This document shows, one piece after another, positions 36,400 through 50,814 of a DNA stretch of 64,000 bases. The notes under the pieces were generated by a model. That model was not told the origin of the DNA. It saw only the letters and a list, made by a program, of their open reading frames with translations, and searched no databases. The number at the start of each line of letters is the position of its first letter. The first letter of the stretch is position 1. Source of the DNA: Octopus bimaculoides (lineage: Eukaryota); the NCBI RefSeq assembly GCF_001194135.2, contig NC_068994.1:42311604-42375603 (forward strand). The letters run 5' to 3'. A program made the translations under genes and the position numbers.

Positions 36400-37700
36400 T
36401 TGTGGCTAAATCTGCTGTTGATATTATTAAATCCTTGATGAAAAAGAAGTCGATGGAGACTGAATTGCATACTGCTGGATATTTTGTTGAAAACATTTCA
36501 TTTGCAAGCATTGATAATCTCTAACAGTATGTAAGAGAACATTTTCAGACAGTAAGGTTGCTGAAAAATTATCTACAAAAGAAACAAAATTTTCGAGTGT
36601 CATTCAAGATGGAGTAGTCTTTCAGGAAAATTGTGATAGCAGATATCTGCAGGACACAAAAGTTTTCTACATTTGAGTTAACCAAGTTTTTAGCAATAGT
36701 TGTGAGATAGTTTAATTTGAATAAACTTGATGTCAAATAAGTTTTGCTAGATACTCTAGTTACTGAAAATGGAATGGTTCAGATCTTTGTTGAGGGGAAA
36801 GAAATATTTCTTTAAAGAATATTTTGGGTTCTGTATTTTGTGTGGCTGTTGCTACCATTCATTTGTTTTTTGTGCTAGTCATACTGTCAGCACATTTCCC
36901 TTATACTTAGAAGCTTTCTTGTAGGATTCATCAACTTACATTGTTTCCACAACAGACACAACAGGATTTCACACTCATTCAGCAAGTGGTTAAGGCGTTA
37001 CATTTATTTGCCATAAAATATCTAAACTTACACAAACAAGATAGCATTCTCAAGAAGAATTTATTTCAGTGATATTAGATATCCTTATTAAATGAAATTT
37101 AGACAAAGTTGAGGATACCAGGAAGATTTATGAATAAAGCACATGCGACATGGCTATCAGAATGTGCTATAGAATGCAAGCAAACTTTAGGTTAATTAAA
37201 ATATGACATACCTTTACTTCTAAAGGAAAATTCACTGCAGTTATCAAGGAGAAAAAAATTCTCTCTAACAGTAAAAGGTATAAAAATACCACAACTTCCC
37301 AGTCCTTCCACCTGTTAGATTCCTAGAGGGCCGCTTGAACTAACCTAAAGTTTGTTTTCCTTCATCACTGCTTGGCACTGATGCTATTATGTTTACACCA
37401 GCTAAGCAGTCAAATAGCACACCTCAGTTACTGATGTTGAATGTTTTTTTATTAAAGCTGTGGCTTTTGAATCGACCTAGGCTTATCTCTCTTCAATATT
37501 TCCCATTGAGGAAAGCTAAAAAGCCAGAAATGGCTATCTCGGAATCCAATAAGGAGAGGCACTGGGCAGACATGATGTTTTTACATCTTTTACCATAAGA
37601 GAGAATTTTTTTTCTCCACAGTAACTGCAGTGAATTTGTCTTTAAGAGCTAAAATATATCACAAACATATTTAAACTAACCTAAATTTTATTTATTCCTA
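36400..37700 (+). pseudogene. Decayed hAT-superfamily transposase (catalytic region)
   Basis: ETELHTAGYFVENISFASIDNL, FSDSKVAEKLSTKETKFSSVIQDG, CGCCYHSFVFCAS (CxxH-type motif at 36841) and KLTQTR*HS (TRW.S equivalent). Confidence 0.6.
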
Positions 37701-39461
37701 ATCACTGTTTGATGCTGATGCTATTATGAAGAAGGTAAATTATTTGAATGTTGAATTCTAATGTGACTATCTCAGGTCGTGCCTTCTATATTTAATGAAA
37801 TCATCAAAATACAAAACTCTCAGAGTTCCTTCACAAAAATTGAATTACTGAAGATTTACTTATCAAGAACTGATCCAAGCAATGGAAGCAATTACCTCAG
37901 AGTAAAGGTAGTAGTATTCTTAAGGAATTAATTGATGATCAAATCAGTAGCAGAAAATTTAAAACATATTGTTCAGAATCTCTATTGGAATTTTGTATCC
38001 AAACGAACAAAAAAAAAAAAGGTTTTCTTTCAGTGAAGCAGGAATTATCATATTCAAAGGTAGCTGGTAATCTTAGTATCTCTTGGATCTATCATTCTTT
38101 TATGTGCTTATTTCCAACCCATTGTTCTAGAAAGTAGGCTAAATGACTTTGTTGATCATGGAGGAGTTATTCTTTAATGGCTGAAAATTTAGTGATGTCT
38201 TCAGAAAATATTCTTGAATTTCCTACATGTTCGGTCGTAAAAATATTAGCTTCATAATTCAAACTATGATTTGTAACCCAATTTTATGCCAAATTAAGTT
38301 GTCTTGTCATTTGTTAGTATGTATTGATGAAACAATACATTTGCTATGCAATTGAACCACATCAAAAACAAGAAAGACTAAATTCTTTATTTTTGAAATA
38401 TAGATAACACAGGAGAACAATTTTGAGCATAATTTCTGTTGAGTTTGCTCTCTCACTTGATTTAGACTAAATTTAACATGCTGATTTCAAAACTACAGTC
38501 AATTTTCTTTTATCGTATCAAGTTTGTTTTCTCAAGCTTACTTTCTGAATAAGCACAATTGTAGTTTCTTTTTTATCCATAAGTAATCAGGTAGGTCAGG
38601 TGCCATTATTATTTTATTGATACAATTATAATGCAAAAAAGACAGATTACATACAACAAACTATGAGTAAAAATGAAATGGCATGAATTATGTGGAAGCC
38701 TGGAAATGAATGATTTGGGTACTTCAAAGAAGGAGCTGGAAATAAAACATGCTCAGAAAGAATTGAAAATAAATTGAAACACCCCCACCATCACCACCAA
38801 AAGAAAAAGAAAACACAGAAGGAAAGTAATGAACCGCTTATGCCACTGTGAGAATTACCGAATAACATGGGGAATAGAAATGATGGGTTCATAATAAGCC
38901 TATCCACAAATATAAACATTTAGAAAGGAAAATATAAAGCATAAACAATGTTGTGCACCACAGTCTCTATCTATCTCTCTTTTACAGTCTCTCTCTCTCT
39001 TCCTCTTTTTCTCTCTCTCTTTCTCTCTTTCCTTCTACCTCCATGCACATAATGAATCCTGACTCAAATGTCTAACAGACATAAACTAGGATTCCATCAT
39101 TTTGAATTATCTTTGCAATTCTGTTACCATTCTGCTACCAATAAAGCACCAGGCTGTAAAAAGAGGAGATTAAAATTCATCTACTCTATATTCCTTCAAA
39201 GGATATTCTGTAAATGAACCACCCCTCAACCTCAGTCTCAATCACTTAACCAATCCAGTCAAATATACTATTATATATCACATTTTGCTTTCAGTTGTAG
39301 CTGTTTGGGGAAAATATCCATTCAAGCCATTTTCCTCAAAGGCAAAGGAGACCATAAAATTTTGGGTGCTGCATAGCTAGAGGAAATAAAGTATATTTTA
39401 GAGGAATATAGATTAATAGTATTATGGTAATACATTTCAAAATTCATTGTATACAGCAAAT

Positions 39462-39475
<14 letters not shown>

Positions 39476-39546
<71 letters not shown>
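39476..39546. repeat. (TA)n microsatellite
   Basis: Direct inspection. Confidence 0.95.
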
Positions 39547-39548
<2 letters not shown>

Positions 39549-40240
39549 AAGATATTACACACACACATATGTGTAAATAGGGCATGCATGTGTGTATTTA
39601 TGTAGGTATATATATATAATTTTCATGTATATTTATGTATGTAAGCATATATACATATGTGTGTATGTGTATATACCTATGTGTGTATGTATATATAGAC
39701 ATAGACATATACATATACACACACGTCACATATACTTGTATATATGTGTGTGTATGTATGAATGTACTTGTAAATGTATGTAAGTATATATACTTACATA
39801 GCACACCTAATATATACTACCACATCACACAATATTTCTTGAAATGGATGGCACCAAGCAAAATCACAATTGTGTATATATATATATATATATATATGTA
39901 TATACACACACATGCATACATACATACATATATGTATGCATGTATATATACACAATTATGAAAGAGGAATGGTTCTTCAAGGATATTTCTTAGATTCTTT
40001 GTATATTCTGCTGTAATAATAATCCAAATAAAAATATTACGTAAAGAATTATTACCCAAGAATCATTTGAGAATCATAATAAAAAAAAGAAAATCTGCAT
40101 TTAAAAATGTATTAAAAACAGACAGTTGACTATAAAGGTTTACACGAGTATTAACTCTTTATTGAGTGATCCTAAATAAAAGCTCATAACAAAGATCTAA
40201 GAGACTAATAATTCTTTGATCCAGAAATATTTTTCTATCG

Positions 40241-40242
<2 letters not shown>

Positions 40243-40272
<30 letters not shown>

Positions 40273-40553
40273 TTAACGTCCGCCTTCCATGCTAGAATGG
40301 GTTGGACGATTTGACTGAGGATTGGTGAAACCGGATGGCAACACCAGGCTCCAATCTAATTTGGCAGAGTTTCTACAGCTGGATGCCCTTCCTAACGCCA
40401 ACCACTCAGAGAGTGTAGTGGGTGCTTTTACGTGTCACCCGCACGAAAACGGCCACGCTCAAAATGGTGTCTTTTATGTGCCACCCGCACAAGAGCCAGT
40501 CCAGGGGCACTGGCAACGATCTCGCTCGAAAAGCCTACAAAGGCCAGTCAGGC

Positions 40554-40587
<34 letters not shown>
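40243..40587 (-). mobile_element. Young RTE-derived repeat (family B) with (GAT)n tail and 12-bp TSD
   Basis: TSD ttttctatcgat at 40231-40242 and 40588-40599. About 98% identical to 42167-42390 and very similar to 62741-63032. Confidence 0.9.
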
Positions 40588-40591
<4 letters not shown>

Positions 40592-40877
40592 CTATCGATG
40601 AAATATTTGAAAATTATTATTAATGTTACTTTGTGGATGGTGGTGTTGCAGAATTGCCAGAATGTCAAGGGAAATTCTTTGCAATATATATAATAATAGT
40701 CCCTTACGTTCTGACTTTAGATTCCACTGAGGCCTATTCTGCGCCTCAACCTTCTGCTGCTCAGATAAAATAGAGTACCTGTAAACTGCTGGTACCAACA
40801 TAATTGATTGTACATCTCCTGACAAAATTTTAGACCTTCTACCTATGTTTCAGCTGAATATTAATGTTATGATAAAG

Positions 40878-41080
40878 ATGGCAAGCTGGCAGAATCGTTA
40901 GCATGCTGGGAAAAATGCTTAGCAGCATTTCATCAGTCTTTACATTCTTGAGCTCAAATTCTACCAGGGTTGAGTTTGCCTTTCATCATTTCAGAGTTGG
41001 TAAAACAAATACTAGCTGGGCCCTGGGGTTGACGTAATTGATTTACCCTCTCCGGTCTTGTGCAAAAATATGAAACCAAT
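40878..41080 (+). mobile_element. SINE family C (diverged)
   Basis: gatggcaagctggcagaatcgttagc...gagctcaaattc...gagtttgcctttcatc. Confidence 0.7.
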
Positions 41081-41224
41081 GTTAATGTTTTGATAAGGGC
41101 AGTAAGCTAGCAGAACTGTTAGCATGCCAGGCAAAATGCTTAGCAATATTTCATCTGGCTTTACTTCTAAAGCACTAGACTTTGTAAGGGAATGTGATAC
41201 ACAAAAATTGTATGGAAGCCCAAA

Positions 41225-41255
<31 letters not shown>

Positions 41256-42166
41256 TTATATATATATATAATAGCATGAAACTATTGGGTTGTCCGGAAA
41301 GTCCGTGCTGATTTTCCCAAGGGCTATTCTCACTCATCTCATGTGGTACCCAAACATCGTAGCAATGTTGTGGTAGATCTTCTGATGTTCAGCAATGCGC
41401 CACATGCTTTGGTCCTCTGTCATTTCCTTCATAATATTCAACATATTGCGACTGGCCTTCAATATTCGCCCCATGTTTTCCTGGGTCTCTCTCTTCCACA
41501 AGTTAGCTTCCACTTCAAGTAATCAACACTTCTTTACGCAACTGACCTCATCAATTTTCAATTCAATGATTGAACCAATGCAGTCTTCTCTCTTGCACAC
41601 TGCATTGTATTAAAATGCTAAAAGCATGTAACCAAAATGATGCTAATTACATCACATGCTTCAATGGACAAATCAACTGATTCTCTTAATTTTTTTTTAG
41701 GTAAATTTTTTTTTAATTGCTTTGAATTAGATAAGTTATCTAGCTGCAAAAACTAATAACAGTGCCAACAAATATCTTAATTTTCAGAAATTTTCATTCC
41801 TCACTGAATATTGCCTTATACCTATTGAGTTATTAATGCCTTATTAAAGCTGTCATCTTCATATAGATTTCTAAGATAAATTATTCTGTTAAAGTAACTT
41901 TCACAGCAAAGCACTGTTGTTGATGTATAACCATTAAAATTTGAGCAAGAATATTGGCTCCCCATTGATTCAATAAATTATAAGCCTATATCCATAGCAT
42001 GAAACACAGAAGTTAGTTTTATAAGATTATGAAAATATATGAAGATGTATCATTTCTTCAGCCTGAAATTGTCTGCAAATACTACAATAACAGAGATTTT
42101 CTATATCACCTTAAAGACACATATGTATCTTCTAGAACTAATTTAGCAAACCTATGGCTTTTTTGT

Positions 42167-42390
42167 GGGTGGCACATAAAAGACACCATTTCGAGCGTGG
42201 CCGTTTTCGTGCGGGTGACACGTAAAAGCACCCACTACACTCTCTGAGTGGTTGGCGTTAGGAAGGGCATCCAGCTGTAGAAACTCTGCCAAATTAGATT
42301 GGAGCCTGGTGTTGCCATCCGGTTTCACCAGTCCTCAGTCAAATCGTCCAACCCATGCTAGCATGGAAAGCGGACGTTAAACGATGATGA
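42167..42390 (+). mobile_element. Young RTE-derived repeat (family B), 5'-truncated
   Basis: Inverted near-identical copy of 40263-40486. Confidence 0.9.
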
Positions 42391-42454
42391 TTAACATGCA
42401 CGCATATCAGTCGTGATGTGTAGCAAGCTTTGGGGTGACACGTAACTTATTTGT

Positions 42455-42840
42455 TTCTGTCATTGAACTGAAGCCAAACTGAGGCATGACCTAGAAGAAT
42501 TAAGTTGAACAAATTAACACCAGTAAGTCTGGCACATATCCTATCAGTCCCTTTTGTCAAACTGCTAAATTTATGGGAACATAAACAAACCAACACTGAT
42601 TGTCAAGTGTTTGGAGTGGGTCAAACACAGAATGAAAAACGCATATGTTATAAAATAAAATATTTCCATACCCAGCTATAAATGACAATGTTCTGTTTCT
42701 GTCTACCAAATTCACTCACTAGGCAGTGGTTGGCCCAGAGCTATTGTAGAAGACACTTGTCCAAGGTACTGTGCAGTAGAACTGAATCCAAAACCGTGTG
42801 GCTGCAAAGTGAGCTTCTTAACTAAACAGCTGTTCCTGCA
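42455..42840 (-). mobile_element. SINE family A (old, diverged)
   Basis: tctaccaaattcactcactaggc...gaagacacttgtccaaggtact matches the reverse complement of the family-A head. Confidence 0.65.
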
Positions 42841-43060
42841 CTGATGTGCCTTAATTAGATTTTGGAATCATCTCTCATTATATGGTGACTCCAAGTGGCT
42901 TTTGTATCGAGCATGATGATAGGAATGCCACATATCTTGTTTATGATGAGATCCATGTAGCATTTTTCTATGATTATTTCTTTCAGGGACAATAAATAGC
43001 TGGGGTGGCTAATAATCACAGAAACACTGTGAATATTGTAGTTTACACCCTCATTGAACC

Positions 43061-43285
43061 TTAATCCTTTAGTCATACCAGTCATATCAGACCCAAATAT
43101 TTCACCTGTTTTATGTTCAAACCAGTTATATCTAGCCTCTTATATCTAATCTACAACATCATTCTGATAATAAAGAATTCCATCATTAAAACCTTGACAC
43201 TTTAAGATCATGGGTGACTAATTCAAAGTAATGTGAATAAAAATCCAGTAAATTTAACAGAGTAATCTGAATGCTAAAGGGTTAA
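43061..43285 (+). mobile_element. piggyBac-like MITE, copy 2
   Basis: TTAA...atgctaaagggTTAA. Homologous to 4199-4427. Confidence 0.6.
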
Positions 43286-44559
43286 ACCAAAAATAGAATT
43301 TTTTGAAAAATTAGGGTAACCTCGACTCAATCCCTTGATTGAAGAATTCTAGAAGACATTTGGTCGCTGTCAATTAAATTGATTTCAGTACATGAGTGGT
43401 AGTTTATTTCATTGATCACCAGAGAAATGAAAAGCCAAGTTGAACTTAACAGAATTTGAACCCAGAAAGTAAAAGTACATAAGAAAATACTGCAAAAACA
43501 CTTTGTCTGGTGTTTGCAGTTCTGCTAATTCACTATTATGCTTATGAAATCGTTGAGTAATCAACCTCAGTGATCTATATTTTAAAATATGCTAATTATT
43601 AACACTTTCTTGTGTATGATATTGCATATCTACTCAGTGCTTCTCTGATTGAAACTTTGTATGTAAAATCTATGGGTTACTAACGAGACTTAATAAGACA
43701 GAAGAATGTTCAGAGTTGCTTATCTTACTTATAAAAATGATTAAAATAAATTTTAGTATTGAGGATAAATATTTCTAAGTAGAGTTTCAATGCTCTCTAC
43801 ATTTCATATATTAACATTAATTTAAATATGCTAGCTCAATTTAAAGTTCATGCCTTTATGATAGATTTTGCAAATAATGTTGCTAGCAAGCAGCCTGACC
43901 TGAATGGTGCATCCCCTCATTCAATATGCACAGTGGGGAGCGTTGTTATACTAAACTTTAGTTGCTCAATATTGATCTGAAAATGTCTTTTAAAATTAAG
44001 ATAAGGTTAGCTTATTATGCTGTAGTATTAACCACACTTCCTAAATTTAAATCATATTAGATTTTTTGTTGTGCACCTGCACAAAGCACATAGTTCTTTT
44101 TTGCTTCAATCTTAAAACCATAAAACATGGAGTATGAAACAGTTATATAGAAATATTTGTGAAAGTGCATGCATGTACGTTTGTGTACATCTATCTATCT
44201 ATCTATCTTTCTATCTCTCTCTATCTATCTATCTATCTATATGTATGAACATGTATGTGTGTGTATATATATTTATATATTTGTGTTGCATGTATGTGTA
44301 ACGTGCTTCACACAAGTTTTAGTGGGAGGTGGGATGCATATCATTTGATATGTAAAGTATACCACTTTAATAAACATGATTAAATGCCACTATGAATAGT
44401 AAACAAATATTTCCTCTCTGTGAACAGACAAAGAAATCAGTCTGGTCAGTTTCTAGTCTTATTAGATCTTCATCAGAGAAAGAATAGCCATCTTTAGTTC
44501 ACTAAAAGATTATTAGTTTGTTGTTTATTATATTCTCTTACCTTTTATATTTTACTTAT

Positions 44560-44838
44560 TTCAGTCATTAGACTGTAGCCATGCTGGGGCACTACCTTGA
44601 AGAATTTTTATTCAAATGAACTGATCCCATTACTTATTTTCTATTTTTTTAAACCTGGTACTTATTCTATTGTTCTCTTTTGCTGAACCATTATGTCATG
44701 GAGACATAAACACTCTAGTACCAGTTGTCAAGCAGCAGTGGGGCAACAAACACAGATGCAAAGACACACAAATATGCATGCATACACACACACACACACA
44801 CACACATATGATGGGCTTCTTTTAGTTTCCATCTACCA
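44560..44838 (-). mobile_element. SINE family A, partial
   Basis: tttcagtcattagactgtagccatgctgggg ... gggcttcttttagtttccatctaccaaat. Confidence 0.7.
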
Positions 44839-45819
44839 AATGTCATCATCGTCCTCATGATCACTATCGTTGTCATCGTCATCATCATCATCATCATGGT
44901 CATGATCATCATTATCTACTATCCATCCCATGCAAGCATGGAAAAGCAGACATTTTTGTGATTGTGATGTTGATTAAAATAGTATAAGCCACTAAGCAAA
45001 TACTTTCTTTTTATCATGACATAATTATTTCAAATTATAGTTTTCTATGATCAACGTATTAACTATACATTACCACTAACTTAGGTTTTATTCTCTTCTC
45101 TTTTACATAATATTATTGACATCTCTGAGTATCTCTGTGTCTGCTACCATTTCACCATGCACTCTGCACCTTTAAAATGTTTAGTAAGTTAGTCAACTGC
45201 ATACCACCTCTACAAGCTCTTCTAAATCACCCATCACGTGGCTCTTCTCTTTTCTTCACTCCACCCTCCCTGCCAGGTCTCAACTTTCCTAGAACTTACA
45301 ATAACCCCTTTTTTATCAACTAGTCCTTTTACAGAGTGTAAGACTCTCTAGAATGTCTTCTCAGCCCATGTTTTATTTATTTATTTATTTATTTATTAAT
45401 TTATTTATTTTTCATGTAACCTTCAACTAACCCATGTTGATCTTTGCTTTATATACTTAATCCCCAAACTACACATGCAGGACCCGTTCTTTTGTTTCCT
45501 AAAGAAAATCACATCAGTCACCATTAGTCCTACATCTAATAAATATTGAACTGCAAAGCTATTGTACTTCCATAGCACTTCTGTCCCGCCTTTCTGGCTT
45601 TAAGCTGTTGTGAAATACAGCATTCTTATATTTTGACTAAAAGAAAGTATTTCTATTCCCCACTATTTCTCTCTCTCTCTCTCTCTCTCTCGCTTCATCT
45701 CTCAGTATATGTGCCTTGATGTTTGGTTGTGTGTGTGTGTGTGTGTGTGCATTTATGTGTATATGAATATGCATGTGTGTATTTATATATATGTATGTAT
45801 GCATTTATGTATGCATGTA

Positions 45820-45858
<39 letters not shown>

Positions 45859-45897
45859 AGAGAGAGAGAGAGAGATACATACATATAAATATATATG

Positions 45898-45929
<32 letters not shown>

Positions 45930-47077
45930 CGTACATATACACACACACATGCGCACACGCACACACATATATTTATATGTATATGTATATGTATATATAT
46001 AACTCTAGGCATAGATTTAAAGTAGCTTGCAAACTAAACTAGAAAACAAGATAGTTAATTTTTATCCACTAATATGGATTAAGATTGCATATTTCGATGA
46101 AACACAATGGAACAGATTCATTCAGCTATAAACAATATATTGCGTGATTCTATTATAAACATCAATAACAATAACAATAGCTTCATACAAAGGTTACATT
46201 AGAGTAGATTGTAGGCTGTACTTGTTTGTTATTAGAAGATCAGAATGGGCAGCAAAATATCTGCTGCTACAACAATATTACTCCATGAAGACTCTTAGTT
46301 GTAATAAAGAAACTCTTTTACACTCACAAAACTTGTTTTGCCACTCATTAAGTGTATGCACAAAGCACAAATGTATGCTTGTATGCACTCATGTACATAT
46401 ACTTTGAAACAAGGAATGTATATAGGCATGCATATGTTTTTGGATGGGCACTCGTCTGTGTGTATGTGGTTTATTGCACAAATGTAAAATTTGAAAAGAA
46501 AAAAATATATACATATATGTACACATTTAAGCATGGATTCATTTGTGTATATGTTTTATATCACACATACATACATGCTTATGCATGCATACATACACAT
46601 AAATGCTCACATGCACTTTATACATGTATATGTTTGTTAACACAAGCACTTACATACTTTGAAATAGGAAATTATATGTACATACACACATGCACACACA
46701 GACATACACACATACATACACACATAAATACATACATACATACATACACACATAGATACATACATATACATATATACATACACACGCAGGCATATATATA
46801 TACATATATATTTACATACACACACACACATTATAAATATATACGTACATATTTACAAACATACATGCATGTGCACACGTTATACTTATATACATACATG
46901 CAAGCATACATTCACATAGTTTAAGCATACACATATTCTCTTATAAATCTGTTTTGTTATACAAACAATACAAATGTGTGTGTGTGTATGTGTGTTTGTA
47001 TGCAAATCACACAAACACACACACATAGATACAGTAGCAGAAATACTAACACAGACAAATCTGCATGCATATTCACA

Positions 47078-47111
<34 letters not shown>

Positions 47112-47573
47112 TATATACACTAAAGCATGTGTTAAATGTGTGTACATGTTCGTCATTGTTTTCTGTAATTTAATTTGGAATAATGTGCAAACAAGTCAAC
47201 AACATCATCTGCTAGAAACAATATCATTCAAGCCATGATGTTTTGTTGTATTCATTTCTGTAAAATCAAATTAAGCTCATAATAAAGTCAGAAAAAAAAA
47301 AAACCCCAAAAACATAACAGACACAACAAAAAGCAAGAAATTTAGTCATAATTGTTTTTTACTCAAAAGGTTTTCATACATTCCTTCCAACGAACACAAA
47401 ATATATGTATAAAGAAAACCAACAGAAAACAGAAACAAAGAAAATTCTAAAGACTACATTAAATGTGTTGACCTGTAGCTAAAAGGCTAAAAGCTTGAGC
47501 TATGATGCTGGGAGAGAAAAGAGTGAAGTAACAAAACAATATATATATATATACACATGCATATATGAATATA

Positions 47574-47630
<57 letters not shown>

Positions 47631-47769
47631 NNNNNNNNNNNNNNNNNNNNNNNNNNNNNNNNNNNNNNNNNNNNNNNNNNNNNNNNNNNNNNNNNNNNNN
47701 NNNNNNNNNNNNNNNNNNNNNNNNNNNNNNNNNNNNNNNNNNNNNNNNNNNNNNNNNNNNNNNNNNNNN

Positions 47770-47819
<50 letters not shown>

Positions 47820-48117
47820 GCACACACACATATGCATATATGAAAATATATATATATATATATATATAAAATATATATGATATATAAATAAATAAAATAA
47901 AAAAACAAGAAAAAGATTGATTAGAGATATGTTTTTAAAGAGTTGTAAACATATTTTTTATCATCATGAAATTGATAATTAATTTTTATATTTATCTCTT
48001 TATAGCAAAAAAATAAAAGATTTTGAAAACTGATAAAAAAAAATATTGTTTCACATTTGATTTTAGATAATCATTAATAATTAATAATAATAATAATAAT
48101 GATGATGGTGATAATCC

Positions 48118-48480
48118 TTTCTATCATAGGCACAAGGCCTGAAATTTGATGGTTGGAGCTAGTTGATTATCTGGACTCTGGTTATCAACTGGTACTTATT
48201 CCATCAATACTAAAAGGATGAAAGGCAAAGTCAACTTTGGTAGAATTCCCCCCAATAATAATAATAATAATGATCATCATCATCATCATAGAAATCCTGA
48301 AATTTGTGGGGAGGGGACTAGTCGATTACATGGACCCCAGTGTTTCACTGGTACTTAATTCATTGACTCCGAAAGGATGAAAGCAAGGTCAACCTCAGCA
48401 GAATTTGATCTCAGAATCTAGCGATGGGTGAAATACTGCTAAGTATTCCACCCAGCATGCTAACGTTTCTGCCAGTTCAC
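48118..48480 (-). mobile_element. Two adjacent SINE family C fragments
   Basis: ggcacaaggcctgaaattt...aaaggatgaaaggcaaagtcaac and cctgaaatttgtggggagggg...tgctaacgtttctgccagttcacc. Confidence 0.75.
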
Positions 48481-48532
48481 CACATTAAATCACAACAATA
48501 ATAATTAATAATAATAACAATAATAATAAACC

Positions 48533-48681
48533 GTTCCTGTTATTGTATAAGCCCTAAGTATGATAAGAAAACGGTATATCAAAAGCATCTAGACATCCCA
48601 GGAGAACCATGTCTCAAGGAAATCCAAAAGGCTGTGCTGACAAGTACTACCCACATCCTTAGAAAAACCCCATCAATTTAA
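48533..48681 (+). pseudogene. C-terminal remnant of an R4/Dong-like (restriction-like endonuclease) non-LTR element
   Basis: PVIV*ALSMIRK and IPGEPCLKEIQKAVLTSTTHILRK resemble the PV..GALG...QK..LLGTA.ILR C-terminal motif. It sits next to a (TAA)n tract. Confidence 0.55.
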
Positions 48682-49080
48682 ATGTTTGTGTTGTATTATA
48701 TGGAGGTATTTCTCTACTACCCTTGCCACTTCCCCTCTCCACATTTTCAGTTATATTTCAACATCTTTTAACCAACTAGCAGACCACGTATCATCAATAA
48801 TGACAGCTAATTGTAGTATTTTATATATAAATAAGGTACAAAATAAGGTACATAATAATCATGCATGCAAACATTCACATACTTCCCTTGTAATGCATAC
48901 ACATATATACTCACACAGAGTTGAAACACTGATTTTTTCCACCCCTTCCTTCCTTACTCACCTATCACCCCTTCCTTTCTCTCATTGCTATTACTTTCTC
49001 TCACTGTCTCAGTCAGGACTATTACTCTCACTACTTCTCCTTCACTGAAATACTATTTTCTCTTCTCTATGCCCAGCATG

Positions 49081-49129
<49 letters not shown>

Positions 49130-49891
49130 CAAATAAATAAAAATACTACGCTCATTATTACATTTGGAGATAGCATGTAAATATTGTGTTGTAAAACCCT
49201 TTGAGACAAAAGTGTCAAAGCTTGCCCATAGAACTTGAACCTACATCTCCTGTAAGACATGACAACCTTTCTATCATTGTACCAAAACAATTTTTGATTG
49301 TTAATAACAATACTATATCCTTTATTAATTTTTTTACCACGTTAATACCTCTATTAATAGTCATTGAACTATGAACATGTTGGTCGTTTAAATGGTTTTG
49401 TTTGTTGCTGAAGAATGGGGTATTCCACTATTCAAACACAATCAAGGGGCCATACATAGTCCATGTTCAAAAAATACAATATGTATTGTAATGGCAATGT
49501 GATAATCAAATTAAAAACAAAGAAAAATGCTTTATAATAGCTCAATAGTTCTTTGCTGTTGGTGAATATACAGACTAAAGTTGTTGATCTGTAGTGTTCT
49601 GCTATTGGCTTCTGGTTGGATAATTGGATATAGATGTGTATGTGCGTGTGTGTGTATGCATATGTGTGTGTGTGTGTGTGTGTGTCAGTGTCTGTGTAAC
49701 TGTCTGTGTAAGCACAAAAGCACAATAGAGATTTTTTTTAATGGGCTTTCAGCATTTGTGTATTTACATATATCTACTTGAGTGTGTATTTGCCAGTACG
49801 TGTGTGTATGTTTGTGTGCATGTGTGTGTTTCTGATTCTACATAAATGAAAATATAATATAAATATATATCAGCATGTATGTGTGTATATG

Positions 49892-49924
<33 letters not shown>

Positions 49925-49934
49925 NNNNNNNNNN

Positions 49935-49973
<39 letters not shown>

Positions 49974-50814
49974 TCACATATATAGATTGATACATATATA
50001 TTACATATTTACATACATACACACACACACACATATATATGTGTATGTGTGTGTGTATGCTGCAGTGTGTGCATAAATCATATCTTTATGTATATACATA
50101 CATGCATACATGTATGTATGTATGTATGGCCTGGCTTTATGACTAATGGTCAAGAAAAGATGTATATACATGTGTGTGTGTGTGTGGCTATATAGTGACC
50201 AGTTTTTCTTCTACACATGTTATATTGAATATACAACTATATTATACTTGAAACCTATTAATAATTTTCTTTCTTTTTTTTTTTATATTTGAAGCAGAGA
50301 ATAAACTGCTTGCATTGGCTTGTAGCTGTTAGGACACTGCATCCTTAAAAAATTCTGGGCTTCCCAAGATTTGCTAACCTGACTCCTGACATAGCTGGGC
50401 ATCCTTTCGTCTATATAGCTTTTTTACCGTTCACTTTTCTGTCTTTTCATGTACTCCACATGCACTTTTGGCTTTCATCACTGTCTTTCCTTATTTAATT
50501 TAATGATTCTTTCTGTCTCCACTTTTACCATTTTTGATGAGTTGCTGTGTATTTGAGTATTATATAGAATAAGCTCAGTTGATCTGGTTGACTCACTAGC
50601 ACACAAGCAAAAATGTTTAACAGCATTTCTTCTACTTTATGTTCTGCATTCAAATTTCACCAAGGCTGACTTTGTATTTCATGAATTAAAAAAGAAGATA
50701 AAAACCAAGCTGAGGTGAATAAAACAGAAACCAGCTGAGCAGTGGGTCCATGTTATTAACTAGTAACTTCTCCAAAATTTCAAGCCTTGTGCCTACAGTA
50801 GAAAGAAAATTAAT

